Below are positions 26,288 through 35,505 of a stretch of DNA of 64,000 nt, piece after piece; position 1 is the first letter of the stretch; every line of letters starts with the position of its first letter. Source of the DNA: a virus. Lineage: Duplodnaviria; Caudoviricetes. The notes under the pieces are model-generated. The model saw nothing but the letters and a program-made list of their open reading frames with translations. It ran no database searches and had not been told where the DNA came from. The stretch covers positions 1,664 through 65,663 of the IMG/VR virus record IMGVR_UViG_3300017776_000007, one strand, 5' to 3'. The position numbers were made by a program, and so were the translations under genes.

Positions 26288-27190
26288 ATGTCATTTGCAA
26301 ATTTAAAGAGCACCCGAGGCTCGTCAATCGACAAACTCGTTAAGGCTGCAGAAGCAGTTTCTACTAAAACAGAATCAAGTTCCTATGGGGATGACAGATT
26401 CTGGAAACCTACCAGAGATAAAGCAGGAAACGGTTATGCTGTGATTCGTTTCTTACCTGCCAAAGAGGGTGAAGACCTTCCATGGGTAAGATATTGGGAT
26501 CATGGTTTTAAGGGCCCTACTGGTCTATGGTATATCGAAAACTCTTTAACTTCTATTGGACAAGATGATCCAGTATCAGAGATGAACTCTGTTCTGTGGA
26601 ACTCTGGCCGTGACGAAGATAAAGCGATTGCGAGAGAAAGAAAAAGACGTTTACATTATGTAAGTAATGTGCTCGTTGTTTCTGATCCAAGTAATCCGGA
26701 AAACGAAGGAAAGGTATTCTTATACAAGTTTGGTAAGAAAATCTTTGATAAGATTATGGAATCAATGCAACCTGCATTCGAAGACGAAGATCCTATCAAC
26801 CCTTATGATTTCTGGGAAGGTGCGGAATTTAAAATTAAGATCCGTAAAGTAGAAGGATGGGTGAACTATGATAAATCAGAGTTTTCAAATCAGTCTGCAC
26901 TATATGATGGTGATGAAGAAAGATTAGAAGTAGTATATGATAAACTGTATTCACTACAGGACTTCCTTGACCCTTCTAATTATAAATCATATGATGAATT
27001 GAAATCTAAAATGAATAAAGTTTTAGGTATCGATGCAGGCGCTCCTTCTATGGAAATGCCAGAAATGAATGTAGTTGAAACAACTCCTATGGCAGCAACG
27101 GCTACAGCCGCTCCTGTTATGGAAGAACCAGCTGCAAGTGATGAAGATGATACATTATCATACTTCGCTAAATTGGCTAAGGAGTCATAA
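26288..27190 (+). CDS. Single-stranded DNA-binding protein gp32
   Basis: DDRFWKP, GNGYAVIRFLP, HGFKGPTG.WYIENS, FGKKIFDKI, acidic tail. Confidence 0.95.
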   Translation: MSFANLKSTRGSSIDKLVKAAEAVSTKTESSSYGDDRFWKPTRDKAGNGYAVIRFLPAKEGEDLPWVRYWDHGFKGPTGLWYIENSLTSIGQDDPVSEMNSVLWNSGRDEDKAIARERKRRLHYVSNVLVVSDPSNPENEGKVFLYKFGKKIFDKIMESMQPAFEDEDPINPYDFWEGAEFKIKIRKVEGWVNYDKSEFSNQSALYDGDEERLEVVYDKLYSLQDFLDPSNYKSYDELKSKMNKVLGIDAGAPSMEMPEMNVVETTPMAATATAAPVMEEPAASDEDDTLSYFAKLAKES

Positions 27191-27214
27191 TAATAAAAAG
27201 CAATAACCTTTTTT

Positions 27215-27239
27215 GAGGGCCTTCGGGCCCTCTTTTTTT
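27215..27239 (+). terminator. Rho-independent terminator with cUUCGg tetraloop
   Basis: GAGGGCC-TTCG-GGCCCTC-TTTTTTT between convergent genes. Confidence 0.9.
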
Positions 27240-29094
27240 ATCTACTGGCTACTTGCTCTCTTGTTTTACTAGGTTTAGGAGGAGCCATCATAATAGTATC
27301 TCCACCTCTAGTTGTTGAATTATCTGTTTGAACTGCCACATTACTTGCAGCAGGGGCTTGAGAATTTACTGCCCTAAGGTCTACATTTTCTGCTGATACA
27401 TTCATTATACCAACGCCTGTTGTATTTTCATTTGTACCAATAGAAGTACCATCACTGATTTCTAAACTGAGTGCACCCTTTAATTTATTAATAGATGCAA
27501 CTGCCTCATCAACTCCTTCTATATTTGCAAGACCTTTATATTCGGTATTAATACCACGAAAATCTGTACCACCCTCAACTGCAATTCTTATTAACTTGGA
27601 TGCCTTTAATAAATCTTCGCTCATTTCTTCTAGGCCTAAATCGCCTGAAACTTTACCTAAATTACCAAACTTGTCTAGTTCTTCTCTAAACATTGTTAGT
27701 GAATTCACCCCAGAATTAATTAATGCAGATTTTTCTCCAAGTTGTAATGCCTGGTCTATAGGTGATTTACTACCACTTAAAAAGTCTAGGGCCGCTCCAG
27801 CTGCACCTGCAAGAGAACCTACGAATGAACCAGTGCCGAATGCCGCAAGTCCAGTACCTAATGCTCCTAGTGCAAGTACCGTTTTATCAATCTTGTCTAT
27901 ATTGCCAAGACCACCTATTGCAAGTAATTCAGCAACTTCATTACGAATACCCTCACCGCTCATTACTGCATCACCCAGTCCAGCAAAGAATGATCCTACT
28001 CCAAATGCTGCAAGACCTGTACCCAGTGCTCCTAATGTTCCTACTGCAGTAGCAACTCCCTCACCTGTTGCATTAGGATCTTCTGCAATAGAAAGTAAGT
28101 GACCAACAGTATCTCTTATGGCCTCACCTTGGCCTTCGTGTGAACCTTTTGCAAAGAAAGCGCCTACACCAAACTTAAATAGGCCGCCCGATAAAGCAGT
28201 TAAATCATCTGATACTACTTTACCTCCACCTATATTTGGATCATTCTGAATAGAAAGTAGTGTTGCGACCGAGTCTTTTACAGTCTGAGCATCATCTGCA
28301 CTTGCTGCCTTTGCAAAGAAAGACCCAACTCCGAATGCCGCCAATCCAATACCTAGGGCACTTAATGTTCCCATTACTCTGGCCGAATCACCTTCTTCGC
28401 CTGGTAAATCACTAATACTTAAATATGTTTGTACTGCCTTCTTAACTTCCTTTGCGGTATCATCTGATGCGGCCTTGGCAAAGAATGCACCTATACCAAA
28501 TGCGGCCAGACCAATACCAATGGCGCCTAAGGTGCCCATTACCCTTAGAGAATCTCCTTTCTCTCCAGGCAAATTTGCAATTTCTAATAGGTCTTTGACA
28601 TTGGCAACAATCTTTTTGCCATCCATATTTTCTAATGTATCAAGTAAGAAAGAACTTGATGCGAATACGGCTGCTATACCTGCAGCTGCAATACCTATAC
28701 CAGTACCAGCACCTTTAAGTAAACTGCCTATACCACTTCCGCCACCACCAGATGAACTACTAGACCCACCATCCTTCTGTGGTATACCTGATGCTCTCAT
28801 TGCCTTCAATTCATCACGTATCTCTTCAAAGATACTGGCTCGTTCATTTGCCTTTTCTTGGTCGCCAAGTTTATTGGCGTTCATTGTTTCAAAGAAATTA
28901 TCAAATCCTACATTGACTCTATCACTCATTTCCAACGAGGCCTGTTGGATCTTCTTCATCTCCAATAGGTGTCTTCTTGTATTTCTACCATCACGCTCGA
29001 TCTCGCTAGTCGCACGATTATTCTCAGTCATGAGTTCTACAAGTTGGGCTAAACTAGATTCTTCTTTATTTGGTGGTGTAGGATTATCTTCCAT
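27238..29094 (-). CDS. Putative tail tape-measure / baseplate hub protein (gp29-like position)
   Basis: N-terminal coiled coil, five GxGLAAFGxGxFF-like hydrophobic repeats; lies downstream of gp26/gp51. Confidence 0.55.
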   Translation of the reverse strand: MEDNPTPPNKEESSLAQLVELMTENNRATSEIERDGRNTRRHLLEMKKIQQASLEMSDRVNVGFDNFFETMNANKLGDQEKANERASIFEEIRDELKAMRASGIPQKDGGSSSSSGGGGSGIGSLLKGAGTGIGIAAAGIAAVFASSSFLLDTLENMDGKKIVANVKDLLEIANLPGEKGDSLRVMGTLGAIGIGLAAFGIGAFFAKAASDDTAKEVKKAVQTYLSISDLPGEEGDSARVMGTLSALGIGLAAFGVGSFFAKAASADDAQTVKDSVATLLSIQNDPNIGGGKVVSDDLTALSGGLFKFGVGAFFAKGSHEGQGEAIRDTVGHLLSIAEDPNATGEGVATAVGTLGALGTGLAAFGVGSFFAGLGDAVMSGEGIRNEVAELLAIGGLGNIDKIDKTVLALGALGTGLAAFGTGSFVGSLAGAAGAALDFLSGSKSPIDQALQLGEKSALINSGVNSLTMFREELDKFGNLGKVSGDLGLEEMSEDLLKASKLIRIAVEGGTDFRGINTEYKGLANIEGVDEAVASINKLKGALSLEISDGTSIGTNENTTGVGIMNVSAENVDLRAVNSQAPAASNVAVQTDNSTTRGGDTIMMAPPKPSKTREQVASR

Positions 29095-29103
29095 TTCTTA
29101 TAC

Positions 29104-29427
29104 CTATTTTTTAGTAAAGGCTTGGGCTCCAAAGAATGCTGCTACAATACCTGCAACTGCAACAAAATATGTTGGTGCCATGTCCCCTAGTGTTTTCTGT
29201 GCCTGATCAAGACCTACAAGGGATGCAACTACTACAGCAAATGGATATAATAACATGCCGCCTAAGGCGAACCATGCCATCTTTCTCTGAGCATCTCTCA
29301 TCGCATCTTGGTCGTCGCGTTCCTTTCTTTTAAATTCCAAGTACATTTCTTGTTCTGCTTTAGAAACTTTACCATCACCATTAGTATCGGCAGGGTGATG
29401 ACCACTTGCTTTAATTTCTTCTTCCAT
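29104..29427 (-). CDS. EF-hand-motif membrane protein (2 TM)
   Basis: DTNGDGKVSKAE loop; two hydrophobic helices. Confidence 0.65.
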   Translation of the reverse strand: MEEEIKASGHHPADTNGDGKVSKAEQEMYLEFKRKERDDQDAMRDAQRKMAWFALGGMLLYPFAVVVASLVGLDQAQKTLGDMAPTYFVAVAGIVAAFFGAQAFTKK

Positions 29428-29624
29428 TACATACCTCTATAACCCGTTTTGGATTTATGTTTTAAATTTTCTTCCTCTATATGTTGTTTTAAAAGGGCAA
29501 CATATATTTGCCTCTCCCATGGTATCATACCTTCTAATTCATTCAACCTATATCCATGATGTTGCATTAATGCAAAATTAGTTTGGTAAAAATTCTCCAA
29601 ACTTTCATGCGAGAGGCCTATGAA
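29427..29624 (-). CDS. Baseplate hub assembly protein gp51-like (not in ORF track; start uncertain, possibly reached by frameshift)
   Basis: LSHESLENFYQTNFALMQHHGYRLNELEGMIPWERQIYVALL; first in-frame ATG only at 29567. Confidence 0.8.
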   Translation of the reverse strand, partial: FIGLSHESLENFYQTNFALMQHHGYRLNELEGMIPWERQIYVALLKQHIEEENLKHKSKTGYRGM

Positions 29625-30337
29625 AAAAAACTATTCAGTCCTTTCAGTTCAACCTCATTCACAGTACTACATTTATTGCATGTAAATTCTGTATAGTATG
29701 ATACTGCTGGAGTATCCTGGAAAAATGCCTGAACTAATTTAAACTGTTCTGAACTTAAACTCTCAATGAATTCCGCCAAATCACTTCTGGTTTCATTCTT
29801 TGCATCGAACACATTATCTTCATCAAAGATTGTATCAATACATTCAATAATTAAGTCCATAATTCCTTCAACAGAATTAAATTTTTCTGGATCAATTTTT
29901 CCAATAACGTCAACGGATGGGTATTTCATTTTTACCCCAACACCCTGTTTCTCATCAAGAATAATAGTATCATTAATTTCCTTTTCAGGTTTTGAAATAC
30001 TAATATCATCAATGTTTATAGAAATAGGATTCATTGACTCACATTCCTTTTCCTTGCACTTTACTTGGATATTCATTTCTTCACCAACAGATTTGGCTCT
30101 CAGTTGTAAAAACAACATTTCGATATCAAATACTGTTAAGTTATCTAATGTATCCAATTCATAACAAGATTTGATGACATCTCTAACTGCAGCAGTTATT
30201 TGTACGGGGTCGTTTGACTCCAAGGCAATCATCAGTACCTTTTCTTCTTTTACCAAATATGGTCTCATATTTAATACTGCTCCAGTAGAAGGTAAGTTTA
30301 CCTGATACCGAGGCACATTCATTTTTGGTAATGCCAT
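29618..30337 (-). CDS. Baseplate hub subunit gp26
   Basis: MALPK..P.Y.V.LPSTG, RPYLVKEEKVL, FDIEMLFLQLRAKSVGE, MKYPS. Confidence 0.88.
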   Translation of the reverse strand: MALPKMNVPRYQVNLPSTGAVLNMRPYLVKEEKVLMIALESNDPVQITAAVRDVIKSCYELDTLDNLTVFDIEMLFLQLRAKSVGEEMNIQVKCKEKECESMNPISINIDDISISKPEKEINDTIILDEKQGVGVKMKYPSVDVIGKIDPEKFNSVEGIMDLIIECIDTIFDEDNVFDAKNETRSDLAEFIESLSSEQFKLVQAFFQDTPAVSYYTEFTCNKCSTVNEVELKGLNSFFS

Positions 30338-30352
30338 TATATTCTCCTAATA

Positions 30353-30979
30353 TTATATACCGAGGGCACCTAATGCACTTCTAAACCCAGATAGGGTAGA
30401 AGATAGGGGGCCTTCGGGCACGTAGTTATCGTAACTAAATGTCACGGTCATTTTCTGGGCAGCATTTTCACTATTGTTGTCCAGTGTAATTCCGGCTACA
30501 GTAGTAGGAAAGGCATTCTCTAACCTAATACCATATACGGGAATATCTTTTTCATTCAGTTGCTGTATTACAACATCTGAAGTAAATTCTGATTTATATT
30601 TTGCGTGATACTTATCCGTATCAAAAACTTGTTCTAACCAATTATCAAATAATGTTTTCATATAATAATCATTGGTTAATAGAAATGTACATTGCACATC
30701 TTCGTTAATAAATGTATAAGGAACTTTAACTGCTTGTTTTTCAGCAATGTAATCTAGGGTTGTAACATTACGTCCGGGGATTGTCACATTCTCACATAAC
30801 ATAGATATATCTCTTGGGTCATTTACTAACGACTTTAAACCACCACCTGACGTCAACGCGCCAATAATATTTCCACCAAGTAATGATCCTTGAGGCGGCG
30901 TAAAGATAACTTGAAATCTATTTGCCTTTGCAAGACCACCACGTTTACCTATAGTGCTTTTTAATTTATCAATGGACAT
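30353..30979 (-). CDS. Baseplate tail-tube initiator gp54-like
   Basis: GGLAKANRFQV, tube-fold motif LENAFP, VTFSY. Confidence 0.7.
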   Translation of the reverse strand: MSIDKLKSTIGKRGGLAKANRFQVIFTPPQGSLLGGNIIGALTSGGGLKSLVNDPRDISMLCENVTIPGRNVTTLDYIAEKQAVKVPYTFINEDVQCTFLLTNDYYMKTLFDNWLEQVFDTDKYHAKYKSEFTSDVVIQQLNEKDIPVYGIRLENAFPTTVAGITLDNNSENAAQKMTVTFSYDNYVPEGPLSSTLSGFRSALGALGI

Positions 30980-30982
30980 ATA

Positions 30983-31579
30983 TTATCTCCCGCCCTGGTA
31001 AATTTTTCTGGAATCTGCCCAGACTGTTCTAGAGCTCTTTTTCTTAAACTGTTGTATTGGAAGATATATTGCTGTTTCCCAGTCAGTCATAGGTACTCTT
31101 GACAGTTGCGACTTAACGTGAGATGTTAAATATCTTTTAAAACATGGCTCAAATTCCTTGTATTTTCTTACACCCTGCAATAAATCATAACGTAATCTCA
31201 TTAATCTGCTATCTGGTTTTAATTCCTTAGGTGCAAGTTTAAATAATTCATTAAGTAATCTTGCACGTGCAATAGGGTTAATATAGTGTAAATTTAATCC
31301 AGTAAATCCGCCTGGTGCAGGACCCACAATAATAGTCAAAGGGAATCTGTCGTAATATGGTAGATCCTCTTTTGTCTTAGGGTCATAGAAATACATAACC
31401 ATATCACCTACCAAAGGCTTAGTTCTTTTTTCTAATGCTGTATCCTTAAGTAATTTAGTCCTAGATGGGATGGTTAATTCTTTTACCTTCTGCGCGAACC
31501 ATTCCTCAGACTTAGGAGTCCTAGATCGGATTCCTGCCCTAAATGCCGCTGCACTGATTGTGTCAAATATTGATGCCAT
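30983..31579 (-). CDS. DNA end protector gp2
   Basis: YDPKTKEDLPYYDRFPL, GLNLHY, KRYL..HV.S. Confidence 0.88.
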   Translation of the reverse strand: MASIFDTISAAAFRAGIRSRTPKSEEWFAQKVKELTIPSRTKLLKDTALEKRTKPLVGDMVMYFYDPKTKEDLPYYDRFPLTIIVGPAPGGFTGLNLHYINPIARARLLNELFKLAPKELKPDSRLMRLRYDLLQGVRKYKEFEPCFKRYLTSHVKSQLSRVPMTDWETAIYLPIQQFKKKSSRTVWADSRKIYQGGR

Positions 31580-31584
31580 ATAAC

Positions 31585-31592
31585 TATTTATA
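31585..31592 (-). promoter_or_regulatory. T4-type late promoter
   Basis: TATAAATA on the minus strand, 5 nt before the gp2 ATG. Confidence 0.78.
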
Positions 31593-32039
31593 TTAGCCTT
31601 TAAGTAGTTTTATACCAAGATTAGATAAAGTGTCTTCGGTCCAGATTTGAAATTTCCAACCTTTGTGATCTGCATACTGTTGTGCAGCAGTCCATTTTGA
31701 TGTGTTCTTTATATAAGTAGTGACTTCGTTAATATACCTTTTTGTCTTACGAGAAGGTTTCTTTGGCGGTGTTGTTTCCTTTTTTGGTTTAATTTCCACT
31801 AGGATAATGTCTTTATTATCCAATTCGACCAATAAGTCCACATAATACCTATGTATTTTATTATCTGTTTTACATTTATACGGAACAACTATTTCTTCAC
31901 TATTCCATTTCTTCACTTTAGGATTGGACTCACACCACCTAAATGCTTGTCTTTCCCATAATGAACGATACACAACCTTGGTCGGATCGCCCATATACTT
32001 TCGTTTATTCTTAATTGTGTATTTCCCTTTGTAAGCCAT
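31593..32039 (-). CDS. Head completion nuclease gp4
   Basis: MAYKGKY, YRSLWER, WNSEE, HRYYVD, EIKP, KW.AA. Confidence 0.9.
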   Translation of the reverse strand: MAYKGKYTIKNKRKYMGDPTKVVYRSLWERQAFRWCESNPKVKKWNSEEIVVPYKCKTDNKIHRYYVDLLVELDNKDIILVEIKPKKETTPPKKPSRKTKRYINEVTTYIKNTSKWTAAQQYADHKGWKFQIWTEDTLSNLGIKLLKG

Positions 32040-32074
32040 TATAAATACTCTTATATGTTAAAATATTATTTATA
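32040..32074. promoter_or_regulatory. Pair of face-to-face late promoters
   Basis: TATAAATA at 32040-32047 (+) and at 32067-32074 (-). Confidence 0.7.
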
Positions 32075-32086
32075 AGGTAAATAAAG

Positions 32087-32884
32087 ATGGCCGACCCTAA
32101 AACCGAAACCGATAAGCAGAAAAAAGATACCGAAACATTAGTATTTCCTTCAAAGTTAAGAAGTGAGGCTGGTAGTGGTGCTGCCCATGTAAGATTCCAG
32201 GCAATAGATAGTGATGGAGTAGGACCGGTTGTACATTTATTTGTTCCTCAAGGATTTTCAGTACCTGATGCCGCGGCATATACTACTATGGATTTAGGCA
32301 CGGTAGGACAACTTGCTGGAGTCGGTGACGGACAACTTACTGAAGCAGATGGTATTGCAAAGGCCGCTATGGTAGGTGGTCTTATTGATATGAAGGCAGG
32401 TGGCATGACTTTAGGTTTAGGTGCTGCAACAGGAGGGTTTCAGGCATTAAGAAAAGGTATTGCCGCTAACCCATATACAGAAACACAATTTACAAACAGT
32501 AATATCAGGTCTTTTGGTTTCACTTTTAAACTTGTATCAGAAAACGAAGAAGAATCCGATACTGCATTAGCCATAGAAAATTTCTTTAGAGAGAATATGT
32601 ATCCTGAAGTTGCAGGTGCTGTTGCATTAAAATACCCAAATAAATTTAAAATAGATTTTTATAATGGTGGTAGTCCTAATAAATTTATGCCTAAAATTGC
32701 AGAGTGTTATTTGGCAACATTTAATACTACCTATAATGCAACAGGTAATTCATTCCATAAAGGTGGACAACCAGTCGAAATAGATATTGCCTGTACTTTC
32801 CAAGAAACAAAGGCACTTACAAGAACCGACCTATACCCTGATGAAGATACGGGTGAGACACAAGAAACATCGGAGGATAGTTAA
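32087..32884 (+). CDS. Baseplate tail-tube cap gp48-like
   Basis: NPYTETQF....RSFGFTFKL, YP..F.I, TFQETKALTR. Confidence 0.78.
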   Translation: MADPKTETDKQKKDTETLVFPSKLRSEAGSGAAHVRFQAIDSDGVGPVVHLFVPQGFSVPDAAAYTTMDLGTVGQLAGVGDGQLTEADGIAKAAMVGGLIDMKAGGMTLGLGAATGGFQALRKGIAANPYTETQFTNSNIRSFGFTFKLVSENEEESDTALAIENFFRENMYPEVAGAVALKYPNKFKIDFYNGGSPNKFMPKIAECYLATFNTTYNATGNSFHKGGQPVEIDIACTFQETKALTRTDLYPDEDTGETQETSEDS

Positions 32885-33699
32885 TGTCATTTTTTAAATT
32901 ATTTCCAAAAGTAGGATATGACTTATCAAATACTGGCGTTCTACAAAATATTGTAAACCTATACAGATCGGTAAGACCGTTACAGGAATTTGTAGATGAT
33001 GTTTCTGCATATAAACTTTATGAAATTAAAAATGGAGAAAGGCCAGACATAGTATCTCAAAGACTATATGGAACTCCAGATTTTTATTGGACATTTTTTA
33101 TTGTGAATGAATATTTACATGATGGTCTTGCTTCTTGGCCTATGTCACAAGAAGATTTACAAACATATATGAATACAGAATATAATGGATTTGCAATTAC
33201 TACAAGACCAGTAGTTATAAGAAACAGTGACCAACTTATTATCGATTTCCAAAATTCTCTTGCAGGTAGATTTCAGTTAGGAGAAAAATTAACCGGTTCT
33301 GCAAATAATGCAACAGGTACAATTACCAGAAAGAATATAGATTTAAACCAATTAATAGTGCAAGATTGTACGGGGACATTCGTAGGTAATCCAGATTCTA
33401 GTCCTAACGTAACTGAAACCGTAACAGGTGGCACATCTGAAGATTCAGTTGATACATATAGAGTATTTAAATATATTGATGCTCCATACTATTACCATTT
33501 AACTGGAGATCCAGAGGAAAGAGTAATGGATAATGGTATTTTTATTGATGGGGGAGAACCAGAAAGTAATTTAAGTTATGTATCAAATAGAGCATGGTTA
33601 GAAAGATCCAATGATGAAAGATCACGAATGAGAGTTATTGATCCACGATTTATTTCTCAATTCGTAGATAAATTTGAAGAATTAATTAACAATGAGTAG
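32884..33699 (+). CDS. Baseplate wedge gp53
   Basis: SFFKLFPKV.Y, GERPDIVSQRLYG.PDFYW. Confidence 0.85.
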   Translation: MSFFKLFPKVGYDLSNTGVLQNIVNLYRSVRPLQEFVDDVSAYKLYEIKNGERPDIVSQRLYGTPDFYWTFFIVNEYLHDGLASWPMSQEDLQTYMNTEYNGFAITTRPVVIRNSDQLIIDFQNSLAGRFQLGEKLTGSANNATGTITRKNIDLNQLIVQDCTGTFVGNPDSSPNVTETVTGGTSEDSVDTYRVFKYIDAPYYYHLTGDPEERVMDNGIFIDGGEPESNLSYVSNRAWLERSNDERSRMRVIDPRFISQFVDKFEELINNE

Positions 33700-35017
33700 A
33701 AATACAACCAGACTTTTTGGAGAAAAGTCGTTAACACCATCTTCGTTTTTCTTATCGAAGTGCACGTTATTTACAACTGACGGCCAAGAAATAGACATTA
33801 GAGAACTTGTTGCGAATATTACCATTACGGAAAGTTTGTATATGGGTTCTATTGATGCTGAATTAATTATATTAGATGCTGTTAACTTATTAGAAGAATT
33901 TAAAATTAACGGCGATGAAAAAATAAAATTAGAAATAAAAAGAACTCCACTTGATGATACCATAAAAGAAAAACATCAACACGATTTTTATATTTCAGAA
34001 ATAATTAATTATGCAAGAAGTAAACCAGGTTCTGCAACGTATGTTTTTAGATGTGTGTCTAAACATGCATATATTAATAATACATTAACCGTTACAGGAT
34101 TTAAAAATGGTACTATTGGAAAAATTATTAATGGTATATGTAAAGAAATAGGAGTCAAGGGTAATAACATTAATGAGTCTACTACAAAGACTATTAATTG
34201 TATTATACCTAGACTGCGACCATTTGCTGCAATTAAATGGCTAAATAATAATGCATTTACTACAACAGGAGCTCCTTTTTATTTTTATGAAACATTAAAA
34301 GAAAAAGTAAAGTATCAATCATATGAAGATTTTGTTGATCAAGATCCTATAGCAATATACGAACACAAACCATTCTTTGATAAAACAATCGGAGAAGTAG
34401 ATTATTTTACGGAAAGTAAATTTAAAATTATAAAGGTTTCATCAGAACTTAATTTGTCAAAATATATATCCACAGGCGAAGGTGCATTTGCCTCTACAAC
34501 ACATTCTATTGACATTTCAACAAAAGAGTATAAAGAAGCCAAAGAATTTAAATACGGAAATAAAATAAAGAAATTAAATCAACATGATCCGTATCCCGAT
34601 CGAGCAGATTATGAACAATATAATGATAAGAAACTTAATGAATTAAAAAGTGGTAAAAATTATTTTATATCAGAAAATAAATTTGCATATAAAGAGAATG
34701 ATAATTTACATTCCACTTTGAGAGATAATTTATCCACCTCACAATCATATTTATCTACCGAAGATATTTTATCGCATGATATAACCATATCTGGTAATTT
34801 TGATTTAGAAGTAGGTAATATTATAGAAGTAAAGGTAGAAAAAACAAATATTTCTGATCATGGTTCCGACCATCTTGATAAAATGCAATCGGGTAAATAT
34901 ATTATATCAAGTATTATTCATAAATTCGGAGATGAATATACCCAAGAATTAGAAATAAAAACAAATTCTTTTAATGCGGATTTAAATAGTATATTACAAA
35001 TCGAAGGTGGCTCATGA
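33692..35017 (+). CDS. Putative baseplate hub protein (gp27-like)
   Basis: Between gp53 and gp5; I.ESL, FYFYET, SGKYIISSIIHKF motifs. Confidence 0.6.
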   Translation: MSRNTTRLFGEKSLTPSSFFLSKCTLFTTDGQEIDIRELVANITITESLYMGSIDAELIILDAVNLLEEFKINGDEKIKLEIKRTPLDDTIKEKHQHDFYISEIINYARSKPGSATYVFRCVSKHAYINNTLTVTGFKNGTIGKIINGICKEIGVKGNNINESTTKTINCIIPRLRPFAAIKWLNNNAFTTTGAPFYFYETLKEKVKYQSYEDFVDQDPIAIYEHKPFFDKTIGEVDYFTESKFKIIKVSSELNLSKYISTGEGAFASTTHSIDISTKEYKEAKEFKYGNKIKKLNQHDPYPDRADYEQYNDKKLNELKSGKNYFISENKFAYKENDNLHSTLRDNLSTSQSYLSTEDILSHDITISGNFDLEVGNIIEVKVEKTNISDHGSDHLDKMQSGKYIISSIIHKFGDEYTQELEIKTNSFNADLNSILQIEGGS

Positions 35018-35505
35018 GAAGTGATGAATTTATAGGTGGCCAGTTTGAATGGTTTACTGGTATTATAAAAGACATTGATGACCCTAAAGGATTAAACCGA
35101 GTAAAGGTTCATTGTCTTGGATTTTATGATGGGGTAGATAAAAAAGATTTGCCCTGGGCAACAGTGGTCATGCCAGTTACCAATGCGGGAATAAAAGGAA
35201 ACGGTGGTAACCATCACTTAGAAGAAGGGTCATGGGTTGTTGGATTCTTTAGAGATGGCCCGAGTGCACAAGACCCAATGGTGATAGGTGCTATTGCAAC
35301 ACAAACGGATGGAACAAAGGATTTACCAGATGAGGCGTCAGTAGACAATAAAGTATATAAGTCAAAATCTGGCCACTTAATTGAAATCGATAATAGTGAT
35401 GGCGGAGAAAGAATTAATATTAAACATAAATCCAATTCAAGGATTACAATGAATGCGGATGGTACTATTACTATCATCGCCTCTAATATTAAATTAAATG
35501 CGTAA
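35014..35505 (+). CDS. Baseplate spike gp5-like (OB-fold plus short beta-helix, no lysozyme domain)
   Basis: WFTG...DP..LNRVKV, LPWA, GSWVVGFFRDG..AQ.P, SGHLIEIDN. Confidence 0.85.
   Translation: MRSDEFIGGQFEWFTGIIKDIDDPKGLNRVKVHCLGFYDGVDKKDLPWATVVMPVTNAGIKGNGGNHHLEEGSWVVGFFRDGPSAQDPMVIGAIATQTDGTKDLPDEASVDNKVYKSKSGHLIEIDNSDGGERINIKHKSNSRITMNADGTITIIASNIKLNA

Noticed and set aside
27596-29206. Long + strand ORFs (27596-28102, 28475-29206)
   Set aside because: Antisense shadows of the Gly/Ala-rich minus-strand gene; no SD or promoter, and the Pro/Ala/Ser bias is what the reverse frame would give.
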